Assembly (NCBI GenBank): GCA_964398525.1
Contig: CAYNMS010000008.1
Coordinates: 1 to 46,925, forward strand
DNA: 46,925 nucleotides
Reading direction: 5' to 3'
Source: an uncultured Pseudomonadales bacterium
GTDB lineage: Bacteria; Patescibacteriota; Microgenomatia; UBA1400; CAYNFZ01
The notes beneath the pieces are model-generated. The model made no database searches. It was given only the letters and a program-made list of their open reading frames with translations, and was not told the origin of the DNA. Both the position numbers and the translations under genes were made by a program. Below, piece after piece: positions 26,162 to 36,205 of the stretch (positions are counted from its first letter, which is position 1; each line of letters opens with the position of its first letter).

Positions 26162-26878
26162 TTATTTAGTCTTTTTGGTTGATGAAGTTTTTTTGGCTGG
26201 AGCTTTTTTTACATGGGAAGGAGTAGTTTTAGCTTGAGGTTTGGGTTGAGGTTTGGGTTGAGGTTTGGGTTGAGGTTTGGGTTGAGGTTTGGGTTGGGTT
26301 TTGGGTTGGGTTTTGGGTTGGGTTTTGGGTTGAGGTTTGGGTTGGGTTTTGGTGTCAGGTTTGGTGGTAACAGTTGGCTGGGGTGTGGATTGTTTGGTGT
26401 CGAGCTTAATACCTTTGATATCGGCGACTCGGCGAATGTGGCGGAGAGCTTCAAAAGTGGCATAAACGTTGCTAGCTTGATTGTTGCTACCCAGGATTTT
26501 GCTGACAATGTTTTTGACACCGGCGGCTTCGACGACGGCACGAACAGCACCGCCAGCAATGACTCCAGTACCAACCGGGGCTGGTTTGAGAAGAACTATG
26601 GCTGCACCTTTTTTAACTTGAACCTGAAAAGGGATGGTGTCGCCGTGAAGAGGCACGGTAAACATGCGTTTTTTAGCCCGGCGGGAAGCTTTTTGGATGG
26701 AGGAGAGAACATCAGGGCCTTTGCCTAAACCAACGCCAACTTTACCCTTTTTATCCCCGACGACGACGACGACGGAAAAGCCTATTGAATTACCACCTTT
26801 GGTTTTTTTGGAGACACGGTTGACTTGGACAACTTTTTCTTCGAATTCTTGGGGTTGAGATGAATTGTATCTGGCCAT
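26162..26878 (-). CDS. rpsE: 30S ribosomal protein S5 with PKPQ/PKTQ repeat tail
   Basis: The S5 core ([24 protein letters not shown]...) is followed by a low-complexity extension of about 75 aa. Confidence 0.93.
   Translation of the reverse strand: MARYNSSQPQEFEEKVVQVNRVSKKTKGGNSIGFSVVVVVGDKKGKVGVGLGKGPDVLSSIQKASRRAKKRMFTVPLHGDTIPFQVQVKKGAAIVLLKPAPVGTGVIAGGAVRAVVEAAGVKNIVSKILGSNNQASNVYATFEALRHIRRVADIKGIKLDTKQSTPQPTVTTKPDTKTQPKPQPKTQPKTQPKTQPKPQPKPQPKPQPKPQPKPQAKTTPSHVKKAPAKKTSSTKKTK
26234..26353. repeat. 12-bp tandem repeat, about 10 units (TTGAGGTTTGGG / TTGGGTTTTGGG)
   Basis: Read directly. Encodes (PKPQ/PKTQ)n in the S5 tail on the minus strand. Confidence 0.95.
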
Positions 26879-26879
26879 A

Positions 26880-27239
26880 TTAAAACTCCAATCCTTCCTG
26901 TCTGGCAGCTTGGGCTAGGGATTTGATACGCCCGTGATATTGATATTGACCGCGGTCAAAACAGACAGTTTTGATCTTTTTTGACTGAGCTTGTTTAGCT
27001 AAAAGTTGACCGACCTGGCTGGCTATTTCTGATTTGGTTTTGCCTTTTAGTGAAGTTTTGGGCAGAGAATAATCTGAAGCAGAAACCAATGTTTGGCCGG
27101 TTTGGTCGTTAATAATTTGAGCGTAAATATGGTGATTGGAGCGATAGACAGTAAGACGAGGCCGTGACTGGGTACCGTAGAGGCTGGAGCGGACACGGGC
27201 TTTTCTTTGACTGGCTTTGGTGTTGTAGCGTTTAATCAT
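26880..27239 (-). CDS. rplR: 50S ribosomal protein L18
   Basis: RPRLTVYRSNHHIYAQIIND...FDRGQYQYHGRIKSLAQAARQEGLEF. Confidence 0.93.
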   Translation of the reverse strand: MIKRYNTKASQRKARVRSSLYGTQSRPRLTVYRSNHHIYAQIINDQTGQTLVSASDYSLPKTSLKGKTKSEIASQVGQLLAKQAQSKKIKTVCFDRGQYQYHGRIKSLAQAARQEGLEF

Positions 27240-27245
27240 AGTTTT

Positions 27246-27791
27246 TTAGGCTGCGGCTTTGGCAGCTTTACCTGCTTTGCGGCGAACGGCTTCGCCGGCG
27301 TAACGAATACCTTTGCCTTTATAAGGTTCGGGTGGGCGGAATGAACGGATGGAGGCGGCTGCTTGGCCGACGGCATGCTTGTCTAGGCCAGAGACTATTA
27401 TTTTATTATTGCCTTCGATGTCGAGCTTGATACCCTCGGGACTGGCAAATTCTATGGGGTGGGAATAACCTAGAGTGAGAGAAATTTTGTTGCCTTGTTT
27501 GGCGACACGATAGCCGGTGCCAACCAACTCTAAAGTTTTGGTAAAGCCTTGATTAACACCTTCAACCATGTTGGAGATAAGGCGTTGGAAAGTGCCTTGA
27601 AGGCTGCGGGCAAGTTTGGTTTCGTTTTTTTTGACAACGAGGAAGTGATCATCTTGTGATTTTAAAGTGATTAAAGGGTGGAGGCTGAGGGAAAGTTCGC
27701 CTTTGGCACCTTTGACGGTAACATGACTGCCCTCGTGGGTGAGAGTAGTGCCGCTTGGAAGAGTGATGGGTGAATTACCAATGCGTGACAT
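27246..27791 (-). CDS. rplF: 50S ribosomal protein L6
   Basis: MSRIGNSPITLPSG...GYSHPIEF...PEPYKGKGIRY. Confidence 0.93.
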   Translation of the reverse strand: MSRIGNSPITLPSGTTLTHEGSHVTVKGAKGELSLSLHPLITLKSQDDHFLVVKKNETKLARSLQGTFQRLISNMVEGVNQGFTKTLELVGTGYRVAKQGNKISLTLGYSHPIEFASPEGIKLDIEGNNKIIVSGLDKHAVGQAAASIRSFRPPEPYKGKGIRYAGEAVRRKAGKAAKAAA

Positions 27792-27794
27792 AAC

Positions 27795-28184
27795 TTACCA
27801 AATTTGACAAATAATTTCTCCGCCGACTCCGGCTTTTTTGGCTTCTCTATCAGTAAGGATTCCCTGGGAGGTGGTTAGGATAATGGAACCGTGGCCAGAG
27901 AGAGTAACGGGAATGCTGTGGGCGTTGACGTAGATACGTCGACCTGGTTTACTGATACGTTTGACTTGAGTGATGGCCGGGTCGTTGGCTTGATAGCGGA
28001 GGGCAAGGCGTAAATGAGTGTGTCCGGCCAGAGAGGTGTCTTCGACTGATTCCAGATAGCCAAGACTTTTTAGCTTGTGGGCAACAGCGGTTTTTAGTTT
28101 GGAATGGGGAACGTCAACGTGTTTTTTGTTGGCTAAGTAGGCGTTTCTGATTCTGGTGAGCATGTCGGCTAAAGGATCGGTCAT
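27795..28184 (-). CDS. rpsH: 30S ribosomal protein S8
   Basis: Start trimmed to MTDPLADMLTRIRNA (ATG at 28184). The longer track ORF would overlap rpsN. Confidence 0.92.
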   Translation of the reverse strand: MTDPLADMLTRIRNAYLANKKHVDVPHSKLKTAVAHKLKSLGYLESVEDTSLAGHTHLRLALRYQANDPAITQVKRISKPGRRIYVNAHSIPVTLSGHGSIILTTSQGILTDREAKKAGVGGEIICQIW

Positions 28185-28209
28185 GTTTTGTTTAAATAAA
28201 GTGTATAAA

Positions 28210-28395
28210 TTACCAGCTACTTTTGGTGACACCGGGAAGTTCACCTTTAAGGGCAAATTCACGGAAACAAAGACGACAGAGACCGAAATAGCGCATATAG
28301 GCGCGGGGACGACCGCATCTTTGACAACGATTAATTTTTCTGGAGGAGAACTTGGGAGTTCTTTTGGATTTGACGATGAGTGAAGTTTTGGCCAT
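28210..28395 (-). CDS. rpsN: 30S ribosomal protein S14, type Z (zinc form)
   Basis: Start trimmed to [12 protein letters not shown]. CxxC...CxxC motif (CQRCGRP...CRLCFRE). 61 aa. Confidence 0.92.
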   Translation of the reverse strand: MAKTSLIVKSKRTPKFSSRKINRCQRCGRPRAYMRYFGLCRLCFREFALKGELPGVTKSSW

Positions 28396-28399
28396 ATTT

Positions 28400-28951
28400 T
28401 TAGTTAGTTGTTGATTTGACAAAAGGAACACCCAGCAAGGAAAGTAATTCTCTTGCCTGTTGATCAGATTGAGTGTTGGTCACTAGGGTAATTTGCAAAC
28501 CCCGAATGGTGTCAATTTTATCATAGTTTATTTCAGGGAAAATAATCTGTTCTGTGAGACCAAAATTATAGTTACCTTGACCATCAAAGGAAGTGTCGGG
28601 CAGACCCTGAAAATCCTTGACCCGAGGCAAGACGATGCTGACAGTTTTATCGAGGAATTGATACATGCGCTCTCCGCGGAGAGTAACACTAACGCCAACC
28701 AAGTCTCCAGCGCGGAGTTTGAAACCGGCAATGGACTTTTTGGCTCGGCGCAAAGCTGGCTTTTGGCCGGTTATGGCAGAGATTTGCTCGACAACGTTGG
28801 CGACGGCTTGGTCGCGGTGTTGGTCATCAGTGACACCTACATTGACAATAATTTTTACCAATTTTGGCAAGGCTAGAGGGTTTTTTATAGCAAATTCTTT
28901 AGCTAATTTTGGGGCGATAGTTTCTTGGTATTTTTGTCTGAGTCGGTTCAT
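28400..28951 (-). CDS. rplE: 50S ribosomal protein L5
   Basis: [16 protein letters not shown]... and synteny. Confidence 0.93.
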   Translation of the reverse strand: MNRLRQKYQETIAPKLAKEFAIKNPLALPKLVKIIVNVGVTDDQHRDQAVANVVEQISAITGQKPALRRAKKSIAGFKLRAGDLVGVSVTLRGERMYQFLDKTVSIVLPRVKDFQGLPDTSFDGQGNYNFGLTEQIIFPEINYDKIDTIRGLQITLVTNTQSDQQARELLSLLGVPFVKSTTN

Positions 28952-28956
28952 AGAAG

Positions 28957-29337
28957 TTATTTAGATTTATTTTTAGCTGAAGAGGTTTTTTTGTTTTGTC
29001 TAGACTTAGGAGTGGTCTTGGAGGCAGGTTTATCGAGTTCGGTACCAGATTTTTTAGCAATGCGGATTTTACCCCCTTGGGGCAAGAGTTTGTAGCCGAT
29101 GCGGGTGGGCACTTTTGCAACCGGGTCGATGAGGGCGACGTTAGAGGTGGGTAGGGGTCGCTCCATTTCAAAGATGCCGCCTTCTACTCCTTGACGGGGT
29201 TTAAGATGACGCTTGTAGAGATTAGTCCCTTTGACAACGACGCGGTTTTTACCGGGCAAGATGCGGGAGATTTCTCCTTTTTTGCCTTTGTCTTTGCCGG
29301 CAGTAACGATGACTTGGTCGCCGAGTTTAAATTTCAT
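28957..29337 (-). CDS. rplX: 50S ribosomal protein L24 (with basic tail)
   Basis: MKFKLGDQVIVTAGKDKGKKGEI (KOW motif). Confidence 0.93.
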   Translation of the reverse strand: MKFKLGDQVIVTAGKDKGKKGEISRILPGKNRVVVKGTNLYKRHLKPRQGVEGGIFEMERPLPTSNVALIDPVAKVPTRIGYKLLPQGGKIRIAKKSGTELDKPASKTTPKSRQNKKTSSAKNKSK

Positions 29338-29344
29338 AGATCCT

Positions 29345-29719
29345 TTAGAGAACTTCCGGTGCTAATGAAGCAATTTTGTTGTAGCCGGCTTCTTTGACCT
29401 CACGGGCAATTGGGCCAAAGATACGAGTGGCAAGAGGGGTTTTGGTGCGGGCGTTTTCAATGATGACCACGGCATTATCGTCAAAACGGATAGCGGTGCC
29501 GTCTGAGCGGCGAGTTTCTTTTTTGGTGCGGACAACGACGGCTTTGACCATTTGGCCTTTTTTAATTTGACCTTGAGGCTCAGCTTGAATTACAGAGGCG
29601 GTAATGTGGTCGCCGATGTAGCCGAAGCGACGGGAAGAACCACCGTGAACTTGGATTAGTCGGAGACGACGTGCACCGGAGTTGTCGGCAACGCGAAGAA
29701 CTGAGCGAAGTTGGATCAT
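29345..29719 (-). CDS. rplN: 50S ribosomal protein L14
   Basis: Start trimmed to [21 protein letters not shown] overlap with the rpsQ stop. Confidence 0.93.
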   Translation of the reverse strand: MIQLRSVLRVADNSGARRLRLIQVHGGSSRRFGYIGDHITASVIQAEPQGQIKKGQMVKAVVVRTKKETRRSDGTAIRFDDNAVVIIENARTKTPLATRIFGPIAREVKEAGYNKIASLAPEVL

Positions 29720-29973
29720 TGTTGCTCCTTGGTGGGGATAGTAGCTTTTTGATTGACTTCGACGATTATCCAACTTTTGGTTTTACTAAAAGGCCTAGAA
29801 GGGCTGATGGTGACAAGGTCACCGATACCGACGCCTTTTTCGTCATGAACAAGGTATTTTTTGGTACGTTTGACGGTTTTTTTATAGACGGGGTGCTGCC
29901 AACGGGATTCAATCGAAACGACAGCGGTTTTTTCCATACGATTGCTGATAACGGTGCCGGTTAAAGTTTTCAT
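29716..29973 (-). CDS. rpsQ: 30S ribosomal protein S17
   Basis: Start trimmed to [19 protein letters not shown]. Confidence 0.92.
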   Translation of the reverse strand: MKTLTGTVISNRMEKTAVVSIESRWQHPVYKKTVKRTKKYLVHDEKGVGIGDLVTISPSRPFSKTKSWIIVEVNQKATIPTKEQQ

Positions 29974-29974
29974 G

Positions 29975-30175
29975 TTAGCTTGCTTGTTTTTGGCTGATAA
30001 TGGTATTGATGATGGCAATTTGGTGTTTTAAGTTGGAAGCAGATTTAAGGTTTTTTTCTTTGCCAATTTGAATTAAGTGTCGGGTTTGAACCAGTTGGCG
30101 ACGGAGATTGGCTAATTGGCTCTGAAGCTCGGTAACACTGGATTGGTGGAGTTTGGCTTTGGCTTGGGATTTCAT
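29975..30175 (-). CDS. rpmC: 50S ribosomal protein L29
   Basis: 66 aa helical protein in the canonical position between rplP and rpsQ. Confidence 0.88.
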   Translation of the reverse strand: MKSQAKAKLHQSSVTELQSQLANLRRQLVQTRHLIQIGKEKNLKSASNLKHQIAIINTIISQKQAS

Positions 30176-30178
30176 ATT

Positions 30179-30586
30179 TTATTCCTTAGAGATAAGGATA
30201 GTTTTCATAGGAATTTTATGTGAGGCTTTTCTTAAAGCTTCGAAGGCTATTTCCGGAGTGACGCCTGAGACCTCGAAGAGGACACGGCCGGGTTTGATGA
30301 CGGCTACGTAAGACTCGATGTCGCCTTTGCCGGAACCCATTTTGGTACCAGCACCTTTTTTGGTAATCGGTTTATCGGGGAAAATGCGGATCCACATTTT
30401 ACCACTTCTTTTAGTAGTAGCCGAGATCTTTTTGCGGGCAGCTTCGATTTGGCGGGAGTTAAGCCAACCACGCTCAACGGCTTTGATGGCAAATTCACCA
30501 AAATTAATTTGGTTGCCTCGAGTGGCAACACCAGAGCGTTTGCCGCGAAAGTCTTTTCGGTATTTGCGTTTTTTGGGTTGTAACAT
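30179..30586 (-). CDS. rplP: 50S ribosomal protein L16
   Basis: Start trimmed to [20 protein letters not shown] overlap with rpsC. Confidence 0.93.
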   Translation of the reverse strand: MLQPKKRKYRKDFRGKRSGVATRGNQINFGEFAIKAVERGWLNSRQIEAARKKISATTKRSGKMWIRIFPDKPITKKGAGTKMGSGKGDIESYVAVIKPGRVLFEVSGVTPEIAFEALRKASHKIPMKTILISKE

Positions 30587-31239
30587 TAGTTGATTTCTCC
30601 TTTGTAAACCCAAACCTTGATGCCAACGTAGCCAGATTTAGTTAGAGCTGGCGATTGGGCGTAATCGATATCAGCGCGCAGGGTTTGAGTAGGAACTGTG
30701 CCTTTAGTGTAGGTTTCGGTTCGGCCAATTTCTGCACCTGCTATTCTACCAGATAGGACAATCTTGATACCTTTGGCGCCAGATTGCATAGCCCGATCGA
30801 GAGCCATGGAAACTGCACGTCGGTGAGGATAACGTTTGGAAAGCTGATCTTTGAGGCGTTCGACGACGAGGATGGCTGAGGTCTCGGGATTTTTAACTTC
30901 GATAATTTCGTCTAAATCTATTTTAGGAGCATGGGCGTCGCGAGGATTGATGTGGAGGAGTTTTTGAATGTCTTTTTTAAGTTGTTCAAGATTAGAGCCA
31001 CCTCGACCGATGACAACACCTGGACGGGAGACATGGATACGAATGCCGATTTTTTTAACAGAGCGCTCAATTTGAACTTGAGTGATGCCGGCGGAGCGAA
31101 GCCGTTCTTCAAGAAAGCGACGGAGTTTGACATCTTCCAGGGCATTAGCCTGATAAGACTTAGGGTCGGCGTACCAACGAGATTTCCAGGTGTAGAAGCT
31201 GCCGAGGCGAAAGCCGTGAGGATTTACTTTTTGTCCCAT
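30586..31239 (-). CDS. rpsC: 30S ribosomal protein S3
   Basis: [13 protein letters not shown]... and a KH domain. Confidence 0.95.
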   Translation of the reverse strand: MGQKVNPHGFRLGSFYTWKSRWYADPKSYQANALEDVKLRRFLEERLRSAGITQVQIERSVKKIGIRIHVSRPGVVIGRGGSNLEQLKKDIQKLLHINPRDAHAPKIDLDEIIEVKNPETSAILVVERLKDQLSKRYPHRRAVSMALDRAMQSGAKGIKIVLSGRIAGAEIGRTETYTKGTVPTQTLRADIDYAQSPALTKSGYVGIKVWVYKGEIN

Positions 31240-31251
31240 AAGTTCCTAAGT

Positions 31252-31644
31252 TTATTTTGTAGTTTTTTTAGTAGTTGATGACTGGGTGGGCTTGGTAGAA
31301 GGTGGCGTGGACACCTTGGGGGTTAAGGTGATAAGAATATGACTGGTGCGTTTGAGAATGGTGTGGGCTCTACCTCTTGAGACAGCCTGGAAGCGTTTGA
31401 GAATGGGGCCTTCGTTGATCTGGATACTATCAAGCTTTAGATTCTCAGGTTTAAGGTTGTAGTTGGTGGAAGCGTTGGCTACTGCCTGGTTGAGAACCCG
31501 GTAAAGTTCTTGAGCTGATTTGACTTTGATAAACTGAAGTTGTTCCAAAGCCTGGTCCAAGGGTAACTGGCGCAGTGAATCGGCGGTGCGACGGAGTTTT
31601 TGCGGGGTAATTCTAATGGATTTGGCTTGAGCGGTAATTTTCAT
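31252..31644 (-). CDS. rplV: 50S ribosomal protein L22 (S/T/K-rich tail)
   Basis: IRITPQKLRRTADSLR...RGRAHTILKRTSHI. Confidence 0.92.
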   Translation of the reverse strand: MKITAQAKSIRITPQKLRRTADSLRQLPLDQALEQLQFIKVKSAQELYRVLNQAVANASTNYNLKPENLKLDSIQINEGPILKRFQAVSRGRAHTILKRTSHILITLTPKVSTPPSTKPTQSSTTKKTTK

Positions 31645-31652
31645 AATAAGTT

Positions 31653-31937
31653 TTAAGTTTTAGTAAGCAAGCGCTTAACGATAGTGCCATGGCTTCTGAA
31701 AGTTCTGGTGGGGGCAAATTCTCCTAGTCGATGGCCAACCATGGATTCGTTGACGAAGACTTCCTTAAAGTCGCGGCCGGTGTGGACAAGAAATGTGTGG
31801 CCGACAAATTCCGGGGGAATTTGAGAAGCACGGGCCCAAGTTTTGATAGGCTGTTTTTGGCCGGAGTCTTTTTGACGTTCAACTTTGAGAAGAAGTTTGG
31901 GGTCGATAAATGGTCCTTTTTTTGCTGAGCGAGCCAT
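31653..31937 (-). CDS. rpsS: 30S ribosomal protein S19
   Basis: [16 protein letters not shown]...HTGRDF...[13 protein letters not shown]. Confidence 0.95.
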   Translation of the reverse strand: MARSAKKGPFIDPKLLLKVERQKDSGQKQPIKTWARASQIPPEFVGHTFLVHTGRDFKEVFVNESMVGHRLGEFAPTRTFRSHGTIVKRLLTKT

Positions 31938-31939
31938 GT

Positions 31940-32779
31940 TTATTTTTTCCTACGGTCTTTAATAATGTATTTGTCAGAATATTTACGGCTGGTACGAGTC
32001 TTTTTACCCAGTGTGGGCTTGCCCCAAGGGGTCTTGGGGTGCTTGAGACCAACTCCAGAACGACCTTCACCGCCACCGTGGGGGTGGGAGCCAGGATGTT
32101 GAGCAGTGCCCCGGACAGCGGGACGCCAACCCATATGGCGGCGGCGACCGGCATTACCGAGACTGACGTTGGAATGTTCGACGTTACTGACCTGGCCGAT
32201 GGTGGCGTGACAGGAGATGTTGATCAGGCGAATCTCTTTGCTGGGCATCATTACAGCGGCAAAATTACCTTCTTTGGATTGAATGGTAGCGGAAGAGCCA
32301 GCGGAGCGAACCAGTTGGGCACCCTTGCCTGGTGTTAATTCAAGGTTGTGAATTGGAGTACCGACAGGGATATTTTCAAGGGGCATGGAATTGCCTGGTT
32401 TAATATCGGCTTTGGCTGAGGAGATGATGGTGTCGCCGATTTTTAGGTGGGTGGGGGCGAGGATGTAGCGTTTGTCGCCATCGGCGTAAACAACAAGAGC
32501 AATATGCGAGGAGCGGTTGGGGTCGTATTCAATAGAACTGATGCGGCCTAAAATATCAGGTTTGTTGCGTTTGAAATCGATAAGACGCAGTAGGCGTTTG
32601 TGGCCTCCGCCCCGGTGCCTGATGGTGACACGACCCGAGGAATTGCGGCCAGAGGATTTCTTGACACGACCTGAAGTCAGCCCTTTTTGGGGTGAATTGC
32701 TGTTGCCGAGAGCGTGAGCGGTGGAACGAGAGTAGTGGCGACGGCCGGGAGTGGTGGGTCTGTGTTGAGTAATAGCCAT
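31940..32779 (-). CDS. rplB: 50S ribosomal protein L2
   Basis: [13 protein letters not shown]...[10 protein letters not shown]. Confidence 0.95.
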   Translation of the reverse strand: MAITQHRPTTPGRRHYSRSTAHALGNSNSPQKGLTSGRVKKSSGRNSSGRVTIRHRGGGHKRLLRLIDFKRNKPDILGRISSIEYDPNRSSHIALVVYADGDKRYILAPTHLKIGDTIISSAKADIKPGNSMPLENIPVGTPIHNLELTPGKGAQLVRSAGSSATIQSKEGNFAAVMMPSKEIRLINISCHATIGQVSNVEHSNVSLGNAGRRRHMGWRPAVRGTAQHPGSHPHGGGEGRSGVGLKHPKTPWGKPTLGKKTRTSRKYSDKYIIKDRRKK

Positions 32780-32781
32780 AG

Positions 32782-33078
32782 TTAGTCTTGATCCAGTTCA
32801 AAAAGATTGATTTTATCACCGGCTTTGAGCGTGATACGAGCTTTCTTGGAATCGGGACGAACTCGAGTTTGTCGAGTTTTGGGGAGCCTGTAAGCTTTGC
32901 CGGCAAGTTTAGCGGTGTTAACGGAGATAACCTTAACTTGATATTGCTGCTCCACTGCCTGTTTAATCTGGTCTTTGGTGGCAGAAAGATCGACCTCGAA
33001 GGTAAAGACATTGACAGAGGCGTCTTTAAGGCTTTTTTCGGTAATAATGGGTTGCTTGAGAATGTAGGTTAAGTTCAT
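32782..33078 (-). CDS. rplW: 50S ribosomal protein L23
   Basis: [11 protein letters not shown]...FEVD and synteny. Confidence 0.92.
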   Translation of the reverse strand: MNLTYILKQPIITEKSLKDASVNVFTFEVDLSATKDQIKQAVEQQYQVKVISVNTAKLAGKAYRLPKTRQTRVRPDSKKARITLKAGDKINLFELDQD

Positions 33079-33713
33079 AATAAAGTGGTTGAGTTTAAGT
33101 AAACTGATTGGAGTTTGTCAAGACTCTCGGGGGTAAAGACAAGGTGTTTGGCATTGATGACTTCAAAGGCGTTGAGACGGGAGGCTTGAGTAACTGAAAT
33201 TTGAGGCAAGTTGGCTGAGAAGCGGATAAGAGGAGTATCTGAGGTGGGCAAAACTAGGAGTATTGAAGGGGCTTGGGGAAGGAGTTTTTTGATAACATTT
33301 TCGAGTGATTTGGTGGAGTCAACGGCAGATTCAAGACCTGACACCACGGATAAGTTGGAAGCTTGGGTGGAAAGTGCTTGAAAAAGAGCTTGGCGACGAA
33401 GAGTTTTACTTAGACGAAGCTGGTAGTTTTCCATACCGGTGGGTCCGTGGGCTTGGCCACCACCGACAAAAATGGGGGCTTTTCTGGAGCCGTGACGAGC
33501 ACGACCAGTGCCTTTTTGGCGCCAGACTTTGGCAGTAGTACCCACGACTTCACCTCGAGATTTAGCCCGTTTGGTACCTTGGCGCTGGCGGGTAGAATAG
33601 ACGTGGAGATATTGCGCCATAACAACTGGATTAAGAGGGACTGAAAAAATTGTCTCAGGAAGGGTGACGGTTGAGGCCTTAGTACCGGTTGGGGTTAAAA
33701 CTTTAAGTTTCAT
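33075..33713 (-). CDS. rplD: 50S ribosomal protein L4
   Basis: WRQKGTGRARHGS...GGGQAHGP. Confidence 0.93.
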   Translation of the reverse strand: MKLKVLTPTGTKASTVTLPETIFSVPLNPVVMAQYLHVYSTRQRQGTKRAKSRGEVVGTTAKVWRQKGTGRARHGSRKAPIFVGGGQAHGPTGMENYQLRLSKTLRRQALFQALSTQASNLSVVSGLESAVDSTKSLENVIKKLLPQAPSILLVLPTSDTPLIRFSANLPQISVTQASRLNAFEVINAKHLVFTPESLDKLQSVYLNSTTLL

Positions 33714-33715
33714 AG

Positions 33716-34501
33716 TTATTCAGTTTCAGGGGTTTGATTGGTATCGGGAGTGGGAGAATCGGTTGAGGTGGTATTTGGGTTGGTGTCAGGGGTTGGGGAG
33801 TCCTGGGAATCAGGTGTCGGTGTTTGAGGGGTGGGGCTATCGGAGAGTAAACCAGGGAAAGTGGTATTGCCAGTGATGGTGATAGAAACCAAGCTTTGAA
33901 AATGTCCGGGGAGGGAACCTTTAAGCCAAACCTCTTTATTTTGGTCATCGACTTTAACGATGATGAGATTTTTGACGGTAAAACGTTGGTTGCCGTAACG
34001 GCCAGCCATTTTTTTGCCTTTATAGACTCGGCCTGGAGTGGTACCTTGGCCAATGGAGCCAGGAGCCCGGTGACGGTCGGACTGACCATGAGTACGAGGG
34101 CCGCCAGCAAATCCCCAGCGTTTGATGACACCGGCAAAACCGCGACCTTTGGAATAGCCGACTACTTTGACTTGGTCACCAACTTTTAGGTGTTGTGTAG
34201 GCTGGATCTCTTGGTTGAGGGAGGCATCTTCGATGGGTGTTTCTAGGCGGATTTCGCGAAGATGACGAGGAGTGGTTTTGAGTTTGAGTTGGTCAAATTT
34301 TGCTCGAAGGGGTTTAGTAAGGCGTTGAGGAAGCTGTTGGCCAAAGGCAACTTGAAGTGCGGTATAGCCGTCCGAGTCGGTGGACTTAATCTGGGTAAGA
34401 GTAAGTGGGTGGGTTTTTACCACAGTGATGGGCAGGCGCTTGCCGGATTGGTCCCACGCCTGGGTCATGTGAGTTTTGGTGCCGAAAAATGTTTTAATCA
34501 T
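33716..34501 (-). CDS. rplC: 50S ribosomal protein L3 with P/T/D-rich repeat tail
   Basis: GTKTHMTQAWD...GRGFAGVIKRWGFAGGPRTHG. The tail is DSPTPQTPTPDSQDSPTPDTNPNTTSTDSPTPDTNQTPETE. Confidence 0.93.
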   Translation of the reverse strand: MIKTFFGTKTHMTQAWDQSGKRLPITVVKTHPLTLTQIKSTDSDGYTALQVAFGQQLPQRLTKPLRAKFDQLKLKTTPRHLREIRLETPIEDASLNQEIQPTQHLKVGDQVKVVGYSKGRGFAGVIKRWGFAGGPRTHGQSDRHRAPGSIGQGTTPGRVYKGKKMAGRYGNQRFTVKNLIIVKVDDQNKEVWLKGSLPGHFQSLVSITITGNTTFPGLLSDSPTPQTPTPDSQDSPTPDTNPNTTSTDSPTPDTNQTPETE

Positions 34502-34521
34502 AAAAAAAGGCCGAAACGGCC
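34502..34521 (-). terminator. Terminator-shaped hairpin GGCCG-TTT-CGGCC plus T7, abutting the rplC ATG
   Basis: The minus strand reads GGCCGTTTCGGCCTTTTTTTATG. An alternative 7-bp hairpin, GAAACGG/CCGTTTC (34515..34537), shares its 3' arm. Confidence 0.45.
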
Positions 34522-34609
34522 AGGTTTCCCGTTTCTAATCTGTGTATGGTTTTTAACTGTAGAGCAAAGCTACTCCTTGACTGTTAGTAGGTGCCCGAAA
34601 CCAGAATGG

Positions 34610-34918
34610 TTACATTTTGATTTCAATACCAACTCCGGCGGGCAGTTCGAGATGCATGAGGGCATCGATGGTTTTTCCGGTTGGTTCTTTGATGTCGATG
34701 AGACGCTTGTGGGTGAGAATTTGAAAGTGTTCTTGAGCGTCTTTATCGGTATGGGGTGAGACCACAACGGCAAATCTTTTCCGATGGGTGGGCAGAGGGA
34801 CAGGACCGACGACTTTAGCACCAGTTCCCAGGGCAGTTTCGAGGATTTTCTTGGCGGCTTCGTCGATGACGCGGTGGTCGAAGCTTTTGAGCCGGACCCT
34901 AATTCTACCTGCTGCCAT
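34610..34918 (-). CDS. rpsJ: 30S ribosomal protein S10
   Basis: [16 protein letters not shown]...THKRLIDI. Confidence 0.95.
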   Translation of the reverse strand: MAAGRIRVRLKSFDHRVIDEAAKKILETALGTGAKVVGPVPLPTHRKRFAVVVSPHTDKDAQEHFQILTHKRLIDIKEPTGKTIDALMHLELPAGVGIEIKM

Positions 34919-34936
34919 AAAGTCTCCTTAAAGAGC

Positions 34937-34966
34937 ATCAATCCCGGCTTTGAGACCGGGATTGAT
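34937..34966 (-). promoter_or_regulatory. 11-bp perfect hairpin between tuf and rpsJ (ATCAATCCCGG-TCTCAAAG-CCGGGATTGAT)
   Basis: Read directly. There is no T run after it, and it is followed by the AAGGAG of rpsJ. It is probably an mRNA processing or stability element, or a weak terminator. Confidence 0.4.
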
Positions 34967-34975
34967 AAAAGAATT

Positions 34976-36163
34976 TTATTTTAAAATCTTAGTAATAACG
35001 CCGGCACCGACGGTCTTGCCACCTTCACGGATAGCAAAGCGAAGTCTTTCTTCGACGGCGACGGGGACGATGAGTTTGGCAGTCATTTTGGCATTGTCAC
35101 CCGGCATGACCATTTCGACACCTTCGGGAAGATTGATTTCCCCGGTAACGTCGGTGGTGCGAATGTAAAACTGAGGTCGGTAGCCACTAAAGAAAGGAGT
35201 ATGACGACCACCTTCTTCTTTGGTGAGGATGTAAACTTCGGCTTCGAACTCGGTGTGAGGGGTGATAGAGTTGGGTTTGGTCAAGACTTGACCACGCTCG
35301 ATGTCGTCTTTTTCAACTCCGCGAAGGAGAATGCCGACATTGTCACCGGCTTGACCGGAATCGAGGGTTTTTCTAAACATCTCCACACCAGTAACGGTGG
35401 ATTTTTTGGATTGTTTGAGTCCGACGATTTCAATCTCTTCACCAACTTTGACTTGGCCTCGGTCGATACGACCGGTAGCCACAGTGCCACGGCCTTTGAT
35501 GGAGAAGACATCTTCAACTGCCATCAAAAAGGGTTTATCAACGTCTCGCTCAGGAAGAGGCACGTATTCATCAACAGTTTTCATGAGTTCGAGGATACCT
35601 TTTTGAGCTTCGGCGTCGCCTTCCAGGGCTTTGAGGGCGGAAACCCGAACGATAGGAGTTTCATCACCGTTATATTTGTATTTGGTGAGAAGTTCACGGA
35701 TTTCGAGTTCAACAAGATCAAGAAGCTCGGGATCGTCGACGGCGTCAACTTTGTTAAGAGCAACGACGATGCGAGGCACACCGACTTGATTGGCCAGAAG
35801 AATGTGTTCACGAGTTTGAGGCATAGGACCGTCGGTAGCGGCGACAACTAAAATGGCACCATCCATTTGAGCGGCACCAGTAATCATGTTTTTAACGTAG
35901 TCGGCGTGTCCGGGAGCATCGATGTGAGCGTAGTGGCGGTTTTCGGTTTCGTACTCCATGTGAGAAACGTTAATGGTGACACCGCGTTCTCGCTCTTCGG
36001 GGGCCTTGTCGATGTCTTCAAATTTCATAGCTTTAGCTAAACCTTGGGTAGCAAGAGTGGTGGTAATGGCGGCGGTAAGAGTGGTTTTGCCATGATCGAC
36101 GTGGCCGATGGTCCCAATATTAACGTGGGGTTTGCTGCGTTGGAATTGCTTGCTGTCAGACAT
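34976..36163 (-). CDS. tuf: Elongation factor Tu
   Basis: [18 protein letters not shown] and NKVD motifs. 395 aa. Confidence 0.97.
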   Translation of the reverse strand: MSDSKQFQRSKPHVNIGTIGHVDHGKTTLTAAITTTLATQGLAKAMKFEDIDKAPEERERGVTINVSHMEYETENRHYAHIDAPGHADYVKNMITGAAQMDGAILVVAATDGPMPQTREHILLANQVGVPRIVVALNKVDAVDDPELLDLVELEIRELLTKYKYNGDETPIVRVSALKALEGDAEAQKGILELMKTVDEYVPLPERDVDKPFLMAVEDVFSIKGRGTVATGRIDRGQVKVGEEIEIVGLKQSKKSTVTGVEMFRKTLDSGQAGDNVGILLRGVEKDDIERGQVLTKPNSITPHTEFEAEVYILTKEEGGRHTPFFSGYRPQFYIRTTDVTGEINLPEGVEMVMPGDNAKMTAKLIVPVAVEERLRFAIREGGKTVGAGVITKILK

Positions 36164-36205
36164 AGTTCTCCTTAAATATTTTATTTAGGACACAATAATT
36201 AATTA

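Noticed and set aside
26234-26353. Possible CRISPR array
   Set aside because: The units are 12 bp and contiguous, with no spacers, and they lie inside a coding region. This is a coding microsatellite and not a CRISPR.
26209-26728. Long ORFs 26209..26574 (-) and 26213..26728 (+) with repetitive NLNPNP or GLRFGL peptides
   Set aside because: They are by-products of the 12-bp tandem repeat in the S5 tail read in other frames.
27795-30613. N-terminal extensions in the ORF track for rpsH, rpsN, rplN, rpsQ and rplP
   Set aside because: The canonical conserved N-termini begin at internal ATGs. The extensions would overlap the upstream gene by 25-55 nt and have no counterpart in orthologs.
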